A stretch of DNA of 63,594 nucleotides, filler included, from Choristocarpus tenellus KU-1152 (taxonomy: Eukaryota > Protista > Phaeophyceae): NCBI GenBank assembly GCA_964200185.2. It is 7 parts of 7 records of this genome, joined end to end, with 100 filler letters (N's around TTAATTAATTAA, not from the genome) between each part and the next. Parts side by side here need not be neighbours in the genome. Positions count along the whole stretch, not along the records: positions 34,885 to 54,805 come from CAXNAD020000433.1; positions 54,906 to 57,907 come from CAXNAD020023020.1; positions 58,008 to 60,988 come from CAXNAD020023187.1; positions 61,089 to 63,594 come from CAXNAD020027234.1; 3 more parts are not named here. The stretch is one strand, 5' to 3'. Position 1 is the stretch's first letter; the number at the start of each line of letters is the position of its first letter. The notes under the pieces were generated by a model. It was given only the letters and a program-made list of their open reading frames with translations. It made no database searches and was not told where the DNA came from. Positions 52,501 to 63,594 of the stretch are shown here, in pieces. A program made the position numbers and the translations under genes.

Positions 52501-53748
52501 TGCCTTTTCCTTGCATTGAGCAGACCATAGCTGTGGACGCAATGCCTGTAGCCACGGGGGAGAGATGTTCATATTACCTGTTAATTCATGTAATATCTCC
52601 TGTTAATTCATGCAAAACACACATGGAACTATGGAAAATATCTGCATCATATGCTCTCCACACATACATTTGTCCCAGCACTCTGCCTTAATGTTCCTGT
52701 TTACTCTGGCAAGAGTAATCCCGGCTACCAATATCATGCTAACATTTAATTCAATCAAAATCCCCTCACAACTAATTAACAAGCATGTACAAGATATTGA
52801 CAACATAAACAACAATAATCATCGACAATGCCCTCATCACTTGACTCTCATCACTTAACCCTAACACTTAACTCTGGTACACAAAAAAAGAAAAAAATAG
52901 TATAAATGAATGGTCATGACTATGAACACCTATTGATTGGTGCTTTGGCACTACTGTTGAAATTACCCCCTATTAATACTAAAATTACTATTATTAAAAC
53001 TCATCAAATTTACATCACTTAGTGGGGGTTTACAGCTAATTCATTGACTTGTGCATCCCTTACTCCACCACTTATCTCTTTCTGATTAAATAAAAAATCA
53101 GGCAATTTGAAAGCTTTTTTAAAGATAGAACATTTTGCAGTAAATAGTAAATATACTTGCAAACGACCCAAAACGCCTAATATTAATGTTATTTCCATTA
53201 TTTATTTTTACTTTGATTTATATTTTATAGATCCATGAGCGCAAAATCCTATAGCTTCTTGGTACAGACTATCTAATTTATTTTGATTTTTTAGTTTTAA
53301 TAACTTACGGCATGCATCTTTTGTACAATCATTTGTAAATAATTATAGTTTAACTCACCACTGACAAGTCTCCCTCTCCCCTCCGTAACTATATCACTAT
53401 TATAAAAATAACTCCAACAAATATGATGGTGTACCAACTCTCCTTCAACCCAGGAATCTAGGTATCATAGCCCTGACCCTAGCTTCTAACCATATTATTA
53501 ATCATTAAGCACTCAACATTGACCATCAAGCACCTACTGTTACATTAATGATCCCCTCCTGTAGCCACCATCCACATTGGCATCCCCCTACAATACAACT
53601 TCAGGTGTACACTCAAGTTGGCTATTAAATACACATAAAGATCACCCAACAGAAGGAAAAAGCAAAAACTCACATGTATGCGAGCATTTGAGGACTGTAA
53701 TCCAGGCTTCATGCCCATGTTAGCATACCCTCTTAACAGGGCTTCAAG
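43504..53748 (-). CDS. M16A metallopeptidase (insulysin/nardilysin-like), C-terminal half; 5' part missing
   Basis: Exons include VECMVHGNFTKEDA (~51093-51161), ALEMYWQLG (~46552-46622), EPIYDQLRTKEQLGYSV..GFCVTVQSS (~45228-45417) and EEAERHWSEI (~44304-44545); terminal exon ends at 43504. Confidence 0.9.
47186..47213. repeat. (ATGATAC)n short tandem repeat
   Basis: atgatacatgatacatgatacatgatac. Confidence 0.8.
49039..50800 (+). mobile_element. Decayed full-length DD39D mariner in a peptidase intron (antisense to host gene)
   Basis: TIRs cttcctccattcagaattgaatgta / ttacatttaattccaattggaggaag; motifs WMHVEKW, YMTKVMILVAVVHPK, WFNGKI, AQHDGAKSH, QSANQPGLN..LRFF, with several frameshifts. Confidence 0.88.
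51361..51452. repeat. (TAG/TAA)n microsatellite
   Basis: About 30 trinucleotide units; explains the poly-Leu and poly-Ile ORFs. Confidence 0.95.
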
Positions 53749-54636
53749 CTGCATTAGCATAGGACCTGCACATGGAAATTGACAAATTAACAAGACAGCA
53801 CATCTCATTGGTTACCACAAGGTACAGTGCATCCTAAGGACTTGTACTTGAGTGACTGTTTTGCTTTGCCTGTGACATACTAATCTCCAACTAAAATCCT
53901 ACAATAATTGACATACTAATATCTACCTAACATAATGCAATATGTGACATACTAATAAACAAGTATTGTAGTAGTGACATTTGTACACCAACAGGATGGT
54001 GGGGAGTGGAGTTGAGCAAAAAGAAAAAATATAATAAGACGATAAGATGAGATGTCAAAAAATTCATCCGGGATGTGAAGGTGAGGGATGAAGCTGTCAG
54101 TGAAAGTAAAAGTGAGTAAGGCAATAATGAGAGTAGCTAAGTTAATAATGAGAATAGTTAAGGTGGTGGCCCTCACAAACAACAAACATACAACAAACAA
54201 GTACTCAAGGAGAAATTCATAAAGAAATGAGAAAGAACGAGGGCCAGTACAATAAACAGTTCTTAACTACATTGCAGCGCTGTGTGTTAAACATTTACTA
54301 TTACTAATACTATTACTACTACAAGTTACAGATATTGATTTGAAGATTACTGCTGATTGAACACAAAAAGGGTATTGTAGCTAGTGTATACAATCTTGTC
54401 ATTGCAAGATATGTCCTGAACTATATTTGACATACAATCTATAACATTCATACAGCTGCAGCATCACAGCTATGAACTGATAACTGATTATGACAACTTG
54501 TAACCTAACCTCATCACTACATGGTTCAATAAGACACATTGAGAAGTTGGGATTATGAATTTCAGCATGGAAACTATAGGTAGGGAGGTTTACATACACA
54601 CACACATATATATATACATACAGCATACACATACAC

Positions 54637-54805
54637 GGGTCAAAGTATCTGGGGGGAGGGGGGTGTCGGCGTCCGTTTTTCACCCTTTTTCGAGTATCAC
54701 TTTTTTTGTGTGATTTGGTCGCACGTGTCGGATTTGAAATGTCAGTAAAAAAAATAGTTGTTTGACCGAAACGGACGCCCCCTCACAACACCCCACCCCC
54801 CAACA
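54637..54805 (+). mobile_element. MITE family B copy, cut by contig edge
   Basis: gggtcaaagtatctggggggaggg...; subterminal inverted ggcgtccgttt/aaacggacgcc; interior similar to 25962-26141. Confidence 0.7.
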
Positions 54806-54905
54806 NNNNNNNNNNNNNNNNNNNNNNNNNNNNNNNNNNNNNNNNNNNNTTAATTAATTAANNNNNNNNNNNNNNNNNNNNNNNNNNNNNNNNNNNNNNN
54901 NNNNN
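54806..54905. other. Artificial contig linker
   Basis: 44 N + TTAATTAATTAA + 44 N. Confidence 0.97.
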
Positions 54906-57350
54906 CTCTACAGACACAAAGCAATCTCGCCGGGTTTATCACCTTTATCCTCTTTGATGATTTTGGGGATACTTTAACATCATCGTCACAATTCAGTTAC
55001 GTTTAGAGAGTGTTGTGCAGTCGATACCGCTATCTCTCGCTGGCATCCGTATCTTTGGGGTAGACAATTTAACCTGCATTACAGATCATTCCTCATCATA
55101 GTCTTACTTGTATAGAACGTACAATACCAATAACATGCTTACTCGTTGGGCTATTACACTTCAAGCTTGTGATTTCACTATCAAAAATAGGCCTCGCTGA
55201 GGCTCTATCTCGTATTTTCAAGTTCGAGGAACAAGATAGATTCGTTGCTTCAATGCTGGCACCCGTCTGTCGTAATGTACCCAGTGGTAATCCTTCATAT
55301 ACCACACGCGAACAAAGAAATCTAAGTTATCTGCTTCTAACCTAGACCAAGCGACGCCCGTCCAAAGTGATTGCAAACTATTCACTAGTTCCACTACTAC
55401 TGTAATTCCTACAGTGGATCAGGAACAATTGTGCAAGGAGCACGAGTCCGAGTTTGCACCATTTTTCAGGTATTTACGGTAAGTCCCCTGTATCGTCCCA
55501 CCACCTGATAAGGAAACGACTACGTCTGTGTTGTATTTTTTACGTCGTAAGGACTCATTGTATCATTCGTATTTGCTAGGTCATCTTCTTTAGAGGAGCA
55601 CGTTAGAGACCAAATAGACGTTCCTCGGTCGCTAGTTCATCTTGTATTTCACGATTATCATGATCATGCATGTCTAGAGGCCACTTAAGTTGCAAAAACC
55701 CAAATTTGATAAGGTTGAAGACTGGTATTGGTGGCCAACATTCAAGATCTCGATGTTCGTACTTGGTCCCATGGATATCAGCCATGCCAAATGCTTTAGA
55801 CTGCTCATAACAAAGCTACGCTGCCCACTGGCCACAGGTCTGTTGAAAGACCATTTATCGTGTTGCTATTGATTTGGTAGAATGCAGAGGACATGTTACA
55901 GGCGAATAGCGCAATATTTCTTGGCCGTACTTTAACCAGCCCGAGCAGTGTACGCGCGTGTGGAACCCCAAAAGGGGGAAGTCCGATTTGCTAATAGTTG
56001 CAGAGTAAGATCTGTAACTTGGGAATGTATGCAACGGTTCTAGGATGTGTTTCAACAACATTAAGCCGAAATAAAAATAAATGGTAAATGATGACAAGAT
56101 GCCCCACATGTCTCACTCTTAATTGATACCAGTTCTCATATTCATGCCTATTGATTCATAAGAGTACCCTTATCTGCTGACCTGATATTCATCATCCTTG
56201 TTGAACCTTTTGACTGTCGGAGTATCCTGGGAGCCTTGTACGAGCACCAGCATCATCTATAGGTCTGTGGATTGGAGCAATACATCCCGTGGAGGTAAGC
56301 TTTTGGAGCGTGCTGTAACATTCCTTAGCAGCAAATGGTGTTATGTGCTCTTACATCTTGTCCGTTGATCACCCCATTTGTTGTTATGTTGTACTCTGCC
56401 CTGTTCCAAACAAAGATCCCCAACAATGTCTCCTACACTGGTAGGAGGTACATTTTTTCCTTCTCAATTTAGAAGAAAATCAAAACCACACTACTATATC
56501 TCTCTCAAGGAAATTCTGCGCCAGAGAGAGTGCATGCCACATGGCATTCTATGCTAGCAATGTGTATAATCTACATTGATGAGGAAAACAGGGCATCATT
56601 ACTGCCTTTCGTACATTTTAAGCCCATATCCAGCATTCAGTAGTACAAAGTTACGTAACACTCTCTTTTCCTTTCTGTTTGGAAGATAACCTCATTTACC
56701 TGTCAATATTACCTCTGGTTACTCAAATACTGATTTAGACCTTACAACGTATGACTTTACTTAGCAAACAAAGATAACGTACAGGTTACATTTAGGTTGG
56801 CACGCTGGAACCTCCATGAGGACATCGAGAACCAGGAACTTGCCAACGAGTATTTTGTGCTCTCAATAGTTGTACATGGAGATAAAGTTAAGTTCTACTT
56901 CGAAGTACTTCATTACGTGAGAGTACTAATCGTTCGAATCCGATGTTTCTTCACCCTTGGACGGGTCCGTGTAATGAAGTACCCCATAAAGCACCACCCA
57001 TCATGCACAGAGTCGTACTACCTGGAAACCCATGTCCTCGTTCCGTTCATTTGGGTAATAAGATGAAACGTTACTATCCAGAAGTCGAACCTCCTACACC
57101 AACCTCAAATGACCTGGAATATTTGTTTTGAGAAAACCGTTATCCTTGCCGGACACATAGACCATCATGTCTCTCAACCCTTTACTGGCCAATACACTAT
57201 TAATGGCATTGTTGTTGGACGTAGACCTCGTCCTGGTCGTCGTTCGTCCACAAATAAATGATATATATCGCTTTTGTGTTTGTAACTTTGGACCTTCACA
57301 AAGAGTACAGAATAAACCCCAAAATGTTATGAAATGAGTGAAGTGGATCG
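54906..57350 (+). mobile_element. Decayed Ty3/Gypsy pol (RNase H, integrase, possible chromodomain remnant)
   Basis: Read across frameshifts: ECCAV..RWHPYLWGRQF..TDH..LTRWAITLQ..DFTIK..EALSR (RNase H); HDH..GHL..WYWWP (HHCC); VAIDLVE..YILSVDH; QGNSAPERVH; LLPFV..LFGR; PWTGP..VHL..MKRY. RH-then-IN order indicates Gypsy. Confidence 0.85.
55894..56320. mobile_element. 427-bp element with TGTTACA...TGTAACA termini inserted at CA^T without canonical TSD
   Basis: ggaca|tgttacaggcga...gctgtaaca|ttcc; removal restores the integrase frame DLVECRGH-SLAANG..YILSVDH; ends homologous to 59895-60199. Confidence 0.8.
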
Positions 57351-57907
57351 TACAGTAAATGGATCAGACAATCAGTAAAATTCTCGCCCAATGCAGTCTT
57401 GACTTGAGAATTCGTATCTGTTTACTGGTACCATACATAATACCCCTTCGCATACGATAGTTCCTATCGTACAAGTAAAGATATTATATTGGATATATGT
57501 CTGGTACACATCCCCACCAATCTTTTTCATGACGACTATAGTCTGTCTTTCCCACATGTGGTAATCCTTTACAGTGTTAGGTTGAACACCTCGTTTGACA
57601 ATGGTAGATACGTCAAATATGTGTCTCGAAATGTAAAGAGACGAGAAAATAACTGAAAACATATCTTCTTAGTCAACCCTGTTCACGATTAGCCTTGACA
57701 TTTTGCCTTTGTCAAGAGTTTATCATTCCTTTCTAATGTGGAAAGCATGTTTGTCTGTTATTATACCGTTATTGCCGTATGCCATATACCGTGGTACCGA
57801 TTAAGGTTCTCAGTCAAGAATCCATGATTCCACGGACAGACTTTCTGTCCGAATGTCATACATGGAAGATCCACTTCGTTCTCACGTCTTGACTGGTGGT
57901 GATGAAG

Positions 57908-58007
57908 NNNNNNNNNNNNNNNNNNNNNNNNNNNNNNNNNNNNNNNNNNNNTTAATTAATTAANNNNNNNNNNNNNNNNNNNNNNNNNNNNNNNNNNNNN
58001 NNNNNNN
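57908..58007. other. Artificial contig linker
   Basis: 44 N + TTAATTAATTAA + 44 N. Confidence 0.97.
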
Positions 58008-59894
58008 CTCATGCACACAGTGGATCTGCTGACATACGAGGTAACTGCCCCAAGGCTGGAAGGAGGGACACTAACAATAGGGGCCATCAGAGCATCCAAG
58101 CTTTTCCACATGATCTCAAGCCTCTTACTGGCAAATGATGGAAAGTTCTCGAGGGAGGAAAGGTTTGCCCGGGTGGCTTCAGGGAACATCCAAGAGCTAG
58201 TTGCATAGCTACTAGAACTATTCCAGAGGACCAATAGACGTAGGGAGGCCCCTGGAGAAGACCCCAAGTTCCGCCAGGAACGCGCTGCAGATCTGGGTCA
58301 CCACCATGGAGGAATCTCCGAGGGAGCGAGCGTGATTCTAGCACAACCCAGAGCCCCAGGGACGGGAGAGACTTTCAATATATTGGTCCCTAAACACCCG
58401 AGTGAGAACCAAGATGAGCTTAGGTATGCCATCACAGACGCAAAAGACGGGGTACAAGGAAATGCAAGATCTGGGGAACAGAGGTACTGCCCCCCTGAAG
58501 AAGAGCACACCCCCACCTCCCTTCGAAAAGCCTTCACGAGGGCTAACAGCAACTCGGCACCAGGCCCTGACGGGATGCACCCAAGCCACATCAGATCAGC
58601 CATCACGACAGTTGTTGGTCACGAGGAAGTGGCAGAGGCGTTTGCAGAGCTATGGGAGCTAGCCTACACCTCCCCCGGACTCCCTACCCCTAGAGTTCTG
58701 GACACTCCATACCAACTCCAGACTGTCTGCAATCGGGGAGAAGTGTCGCCCAGTTGCCTGTGGCTCTCTTTTTAGGAGGGCATATGCTTCAGCTTTCTGC
58801 ACAGACTGGCGCCCCTACCTAGAGGAATGTTTCGGGGGAGTAGGATAACTCGGCTTCGGGATCCCAAATGGCATAGAATGTGCACTCCTGGATATCCACC
58901 TAAGGAATGAGTGTGGAGAATGGATTATCAGTTTGGACAGAAGGAATGCTTTCAACAGCGTACGTCGCTCAGCTTTCATCCAGGCCCTCCCAGAGACCCT
59001 ACCAGGACCCCTATCTTATGTCTCCAAGGTGTATGGGAGCACAAGGAATCTTCTTTTCCCCCTAGATGAGGGAGGGATGAAGATTCTACCATCGAGATCT
59101 GGGGCCCAACAGGGAGACCCACTGGACCCCCTCTTATATTGCATGGCAACACAAAAGGCCTTGCAACAGGTACAATCAGTCTTCGGACCCCAAGGGATTT
59201 CCTCCCGGAGCTATCTGGATGACACATCCATTTCTGTGAGGGGGATCAACCCTACCACCATAACTACGTTCGAGCAGTTAAAAACTAATCTCCATGAGGT
59301 AGGCATCAACCTAAACATGGACAAGACCTTTGCCACACCTCCCAGGGGCCACCAACCCACGCCCTCGGAACTGGAGCTTCTCTCTACAGCGGGAATCAAC
59401 CTAGCCCCGAACCGCAGTGGTTTTGTCACTCTAGGGGCTCCGGTGGGAACAGATGACTTCATTCGAGCTCACATGGTGGAGGTGATCAAGAGCTCTGGGA
59501 CGCGAGCTTTGGCCACACACCTAAGCGAGATGGAGAACAAGCAGGTGGCCTGACTCCTCAACTCCTGGTCCCTCTCCTCCTGGCTAGGCTATCTTGTGAG
59601 GGTCACTCCCCCCCTCCTGGCACGCTCCACCATGGAGCAAGCAGATAACACCTCCTTATGGACAATAGAGAGGATAATGGAGGTAGCCGACTCGACAGAG
59701 GCAATGGATTTCTTCGAGGGAGGATGCAGCAATGGGCCTCTCCGCCTAAAGACCCACCAACAACTACAGGCACAGATGCCTACAAGTGCGGGGGGTCTGG
59801 GCCTCTCCTCTATGAAACACTGCCAACATGCGACTTTCGTAGGATCACTGGTGGCTACTCTCCCCACCCTCCTAGCAAGGCAACAAGGGCCTCA

Positions 59895-60199
59895 TGTTAT
59901 AGGCGATATATCTTGACAGCGGCTTCATAAACACCATTATGGCCTTGAAGTCCTAGATTTGATATATATATATACATCTTGACTATTTATTATTTGGTCA
60001 TGATGATCCCCGATTGTGATAAGACATCTTTGATCAGTTTCTTTTTATACGATGATGTTGATGATAATCCAAATGAGAGATCCAGCATAGTTGACGACTT
60101 GTGAATCAGGAGTCCAATACGTGCATCAGTAACATCTATAGGCCTGTAGATTGGAGCTATACATCCTGTGGAGATAAGCTTCTGGAGAGCGTTATAACA
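59895..60199. mobile_element. 305-bp element with TGTTATA...TATAACA termini inserted at CA^T without canonical TSD
   Basis: cctca|tgttataggcga...gttataaca|tgaag; removal restores the LINE frame QQGPH-EGPTET; last ~90 bp and first 12 bp homologous to 55894-56320. Confidence 0.8.
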
Positions 60200-60622
60200 T
60201 GAAGGTCCTACTGAAACTTCCACCCTATAACAGCACGCTCATGGCTAGTCCTTCCCACACGCTATCTGTACAAGCCCTACGATACAGGCCTTAAGATTGT
60301 CTATTCACACCCTCCTTTCTACAGATGTCCCCTCAGAAGACCTTGCGGAAATCATGGGCCAAGACTGGACAACCTAGGGGGGAACAACACCCCCTGCACC
60401 TGCCTCAGAGGTACATATCCTAGCTGCCCATGATTCTGGGATCACAAGGAGGGCTCAACATGAGATCACATGCCTCCTCAACAAAATCCGTTTTGACTCC
60501 TTCAGGACGCAACAGGCCGGCCTTCCAAATGAGGCACACCAAGGGAGGGAAAGCTCCTCATTAGCCCCAGCGCGCCACCGGAGCCAGTGTGGACAAGGGG
60601 CAAAAATGTGGGCTTCAACTCA

Positions 60623-60881
60623 GAGTGGAAGTATCTCAGAGGGTACGATTTTTCCCCTGTTTGTCCATTTGGTGCTTGACTTCCCACGGATTTTTAATGA
60701 CATTTTACCTACTCCAAAATGTTTAGGAGCAGGTAAAGTGTATACGTTATGAAAAGGTGTGTCGGGAACATGGATATTGATGCTTCCTAACAAACACGAT
60801 ACCCAAAATTACATCAAAATCGCAACATCGGATATTGGCCCTCAAATGGACGCGGCTCTACCCTCTAAGATAATTTGACTC
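60623..60881 (+). mobile_element. MITE family A copy inside LINE
   Basis: tca|gagtggaagtatctcagagggtac...taccctctaagataatttgactc|tca; removal gives WAST-QPLEPAC, matching the paralogous LINE. Confidence 0.92.
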
Positions 60882-60988
60882 TCAACCTCTGGAACCAGCA
60901 TGCCAGATCCCCCCTCTGGAATTCAAGCTCACAGTCAGCAGATCCCTAGGGAGAGAGGAGGCCCTATCAAACAGGTACCCAGTGGCAG

Positions 60989-61088
60989 NNNNNNNNNNNN
61001 NNNNNNNNNNNNNNNNNNNNNNNNNNNNNNNNTTAATTAATTAANNNNNNNNNNNNNNNNNNNNNNNNNNNNNNNNNNNNNNNNNNNN
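60989..61088. other. Artificial contig linker
   Basis: 44 N + TTAATTAATTAA + 44 N. Confidence 0.97.
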
Positions 61089-61974
61089 AAAAAATCAGAA
61101 AAAGGGAGGGGGGGAAGGGGGGGGGGAGGGGGGCAAAATTGCACATCAGCTCTGTGCAACAAGAGGGTGGGGGTGTAAACGGAACCTCATGTCCAAACCG
61201 CAACGAAAAAAAGCTTGTGAATCAAATCGACCAAGAGATGGGAGGGGGGCGCATCTCGACTATAATTACCGGCCAAGTTCTCTTTATTTTTTGTAACGTT
61301 CAAAAAAAAAGAAAAAGAAAAAAAAGAATAAAGGTTTGGAAGGATGACTGGCTCTTTCAAACTGGATGTACATACAAAAAAAACATAAGAGGCACTCCAC
61401 AAAAACCTCCCGAGTTAGTCAAAAACAGAAAAGAATCGTGTGCTACCACAAAATCAGAGGAACCACTGACAACTCAGCGGCATCCCCATCCTACACCCCA
61501 TCCTACAGTTTTATGCATCATGACATAAAATACGTAACACTGAGGGCGCCAAAGGAACTTCAACTGCCAAGTTCTCCCGCTGTTACCAAAAACACATTCA
61601 CACACAGCCCCAGAGCTCTCGAAACAAAGAGATTTGCTAGGGTTAGGAAGGCGGTTCACCCTGAACAAGGGAATTTGAATTTCCAACTGCTACACACTCT
61701 ACTGCACTGTATTCCCCCCAATCAAACCAACATTCTTGAAAAGAAAAAAGATATAGGGGTACGTAGAAACTGATACGATGAACGAACTAGTAGGTGAGGG
61801 CTTGAGTTCACCTAAGGGTGAGGGTAACAAAACCCCTCCTTGTGAGGGGTAGTAACAAACAGAACAGTAGCAACATGAAGTAATAAGTAAATGATCCAGT
61901 AACCTCTTTTGTGACAAGGAAATTACATGTAGGAAGTGGTAAGAGCAGGCAGAACGGTATGAATCCTGAGAGTA

Positions 61975-62155
61975 ACCAATGGTGGTATGAATTACTGAAC
62001 ATGTACCATCAGAGTGGTATATGGGTATAACTCATTAAATAAAAAATAGTGGTATGAATTACTCAACATATACCATCAGAGTCATATAGCTGTATGACTC
62101 GTGAAAGAAACCAATAGTGGCATGACTGAACATACACATACACCATCAAGAGCGA
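61975..62155. repeat. Degenerate ~67-bp tandem repeat, about 2.5-3 units
   Basis: gtggtatgaattactgaacatgtaccatcagagt / gtggtatgaattactcaacatataccatcagagt / gtggcatgactgaacatacacatacaccatcaagagc. Confidence 0.7.
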
Positions 62156-63282
62156 TAAATCTGTTGTATATTGGTGGGGTACACCTTGCAACATAACACC
62201 GATCCACTGGTGTCCTCAACATCTGATTGGAGAGTAATCTCAATTCTTGCCTACAAAACCAATCCTCTGCCAATTTGTAAGGTACTTTTACACCCCAGCA
62301 AGAGATGCACTCATTAGATGCACCACTTCTATCCTACCCAGCACCGCTTCTATCTTCACAAGTAGTTCTAGTAGTACCTGTTGTAGCGAAAGAGGAGCAT
62401 ATGCCAAATTCCCAACCAATGAACAGCTTTATCACGATTTAAAAGAAACGATAGATCGCACCCGGTTGCTTTTCTAGATCTGAATCTTTGGACCCATTTA
62501 TTGAAGTTTTTTTTTAAGTATTGAATGTTATGTACCACTTTGGGCCTGACACACTTCTAGCATTAACCTCGGAACTCAGAACACTACTAACCCAATGACC
62601 AGGTTCATCCCAACATGCCTTCAACCTACCACTGTTTAAATATGTGCATTGATAGAGGGTTTAGGCTGCACATTCAGCTAGTGAGTGCATCACATCCCGA
62701 TTACCAACAACCACAAAACAATATCTTTACATAGGTATTTTCCAAAACAAAAAAAAAACATACACACCGGCTCACAAAAAGTGCTCTCATCTCCCCCTTC
62801 AAAAATAAAAATCTTGGAACTGAAAGCAACAGCATGCGGTGTGCAGCTTAAAATGGGTGTGTATCTTCACTGCACACCCTAACCCTGACCCTTGTAAGTT
62901 TAAAAGCCAGTCATGTATAACCCACACTCAGTGCATCCCTAACTTACAAAAAAAAATCTGGAGCTATCTATATTCACAACTAACTCAAGTAGGCCATCCA
63001 TCGCAGCAGACACCACAAAGGACACACACGCCTCCAAAACCTGTCCAAAACCTCCCACTGACTGTGTACTGCCCCACACCCTGCGCCTTTGTTTGTTCTC
63101 ATTCACTTTGTCTTGAAACACCTACCAGACACAAACGATCCCATTTGGCCGGCGCACCTTACACTCTCCACTCCAATCCACCCCCCAATCACAATCAATT
63201 CTTCTAAACTTACTGTACACAGTGGTGTCATTTTCTTTCCATTTCATTTCATTTCATGTCATGTCATGTCATGTGTGAATAC

Positions 63283-63374
63283 CTGAAGGACTGAGTGATG
63301 TTGGCACGGGTAGGGGCCACGCTCTCGCCATCGTCCATCAGAACCCTGCAGTGCTGCTTATCGGTTGGGAATCC
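63283..63374 (-). CDS. Single internal exon of a probable metacaspase (C14B)
   Basis: ctcag|GFPTDKQHCRVLMDDGESVAPTRANITQSF(R)|gtattc matches the L-x-DD...PTRANI motif that precedes HYSGHG in metacaspases; the catalytic exon was not found in this contig. Confidence 0.6.
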
Positions 63375-63594
63375 CTGAGCAAGTCAACAGCAACAAGAGA
63401 GATGGACGAATCGTCACGATGGGGGCACCGGGATGGGGATGGACCTCAACAAAGTCCACCTCATTTTCAGCAAAACACTAACACTAACGATCCGACCAAT
63501 AACACAAAACAAAAAAAATTAAATAAAACAAAACTAATCCCCCCCCACCACCCACACCCACCCCCCCCACACACCCCACACCCACACAACCACA

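Larger units (their letters stand above)
58008..60988 (+). mobile_element. RLE-type (CRE-like) non-LTR retrotransposon, RT region, decayed, with two nested insertions
   Basis: SAPGPDGM, DRRNAFNSV, GAQQGDPL, YLDD, GINLNMDKT, LGAPVG, GGLGL motifs, with stops and frameshifts; downstream part homologous to the RLE fragment at 5350-5660. Confidence 0.92.

Noticed and set aside
55855-57900. Minus-strand ORFs initially suggesting an endogenous virus
   Set aside because: The plus strand is explained by Gypsy integrase motifs and a nested non-coding element.
59990-60223. ORF with LQKLISTGCIAPIYRPID also seen near 56230-56320
   Set aside because: The similarity comes from the shared non-coding end of the TG...CA element; the ORF crosses the element boundary.
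61975-62155. CRISPR-like repeat-spacer pattern
   Set aside because: Eukaryotic context, degenerate repeats, spacers similar to each other, no cas genes.

Overview
Eukaryotic, intron-rich nuclear DNA. By inference it is a photosynthetic stramenopile, probably a brown alga or relative. The window is not one locus: seven contigs are joined by six identical artificial 100-bp linkers (44 N + TTAATTAATTAA + 44 N). Supported host genes: a complete 9-exon meiotic SPO11 (SPO11-2 type, +), the 5' half of RAD4/XPC (-) head-to-head with a complete biotin-protein ligase (+), the 3' half of an M16/insulysin-like peptidase (-), one metacaspase-like exon, and three unidentified low-complexity genes. Mobile DNA is dense and nested: two full-length decayed DD39D (plant/Stowaway-type) mariners, RLE-type (CRE-like) LINEs, a decayed Ty3/Gypsy pol, and about ten copies of a GRG-terminated MITE group with 3-4-bp TSDs. 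The most unusual signal is a pair of related 305/427-bp elements with LTR-like TGTTAYA...TRTAACA ends. Each sits exactly at a CA^T site inside another retroelement, with no 4-6-bp target-site duplication, and precise removal restores the host reading frame. This suggests a non-canonical, possibly recombinase-type, integration mechanism. Also notable: two consecutive GC-AG introns and an inverted MITE pair next to the catalytic-Tyr exon of SPO11, and an intronic pre-miRNA-like hairpin. Exon models and family calls were made by eye and need database or RNA-seq confirmation.
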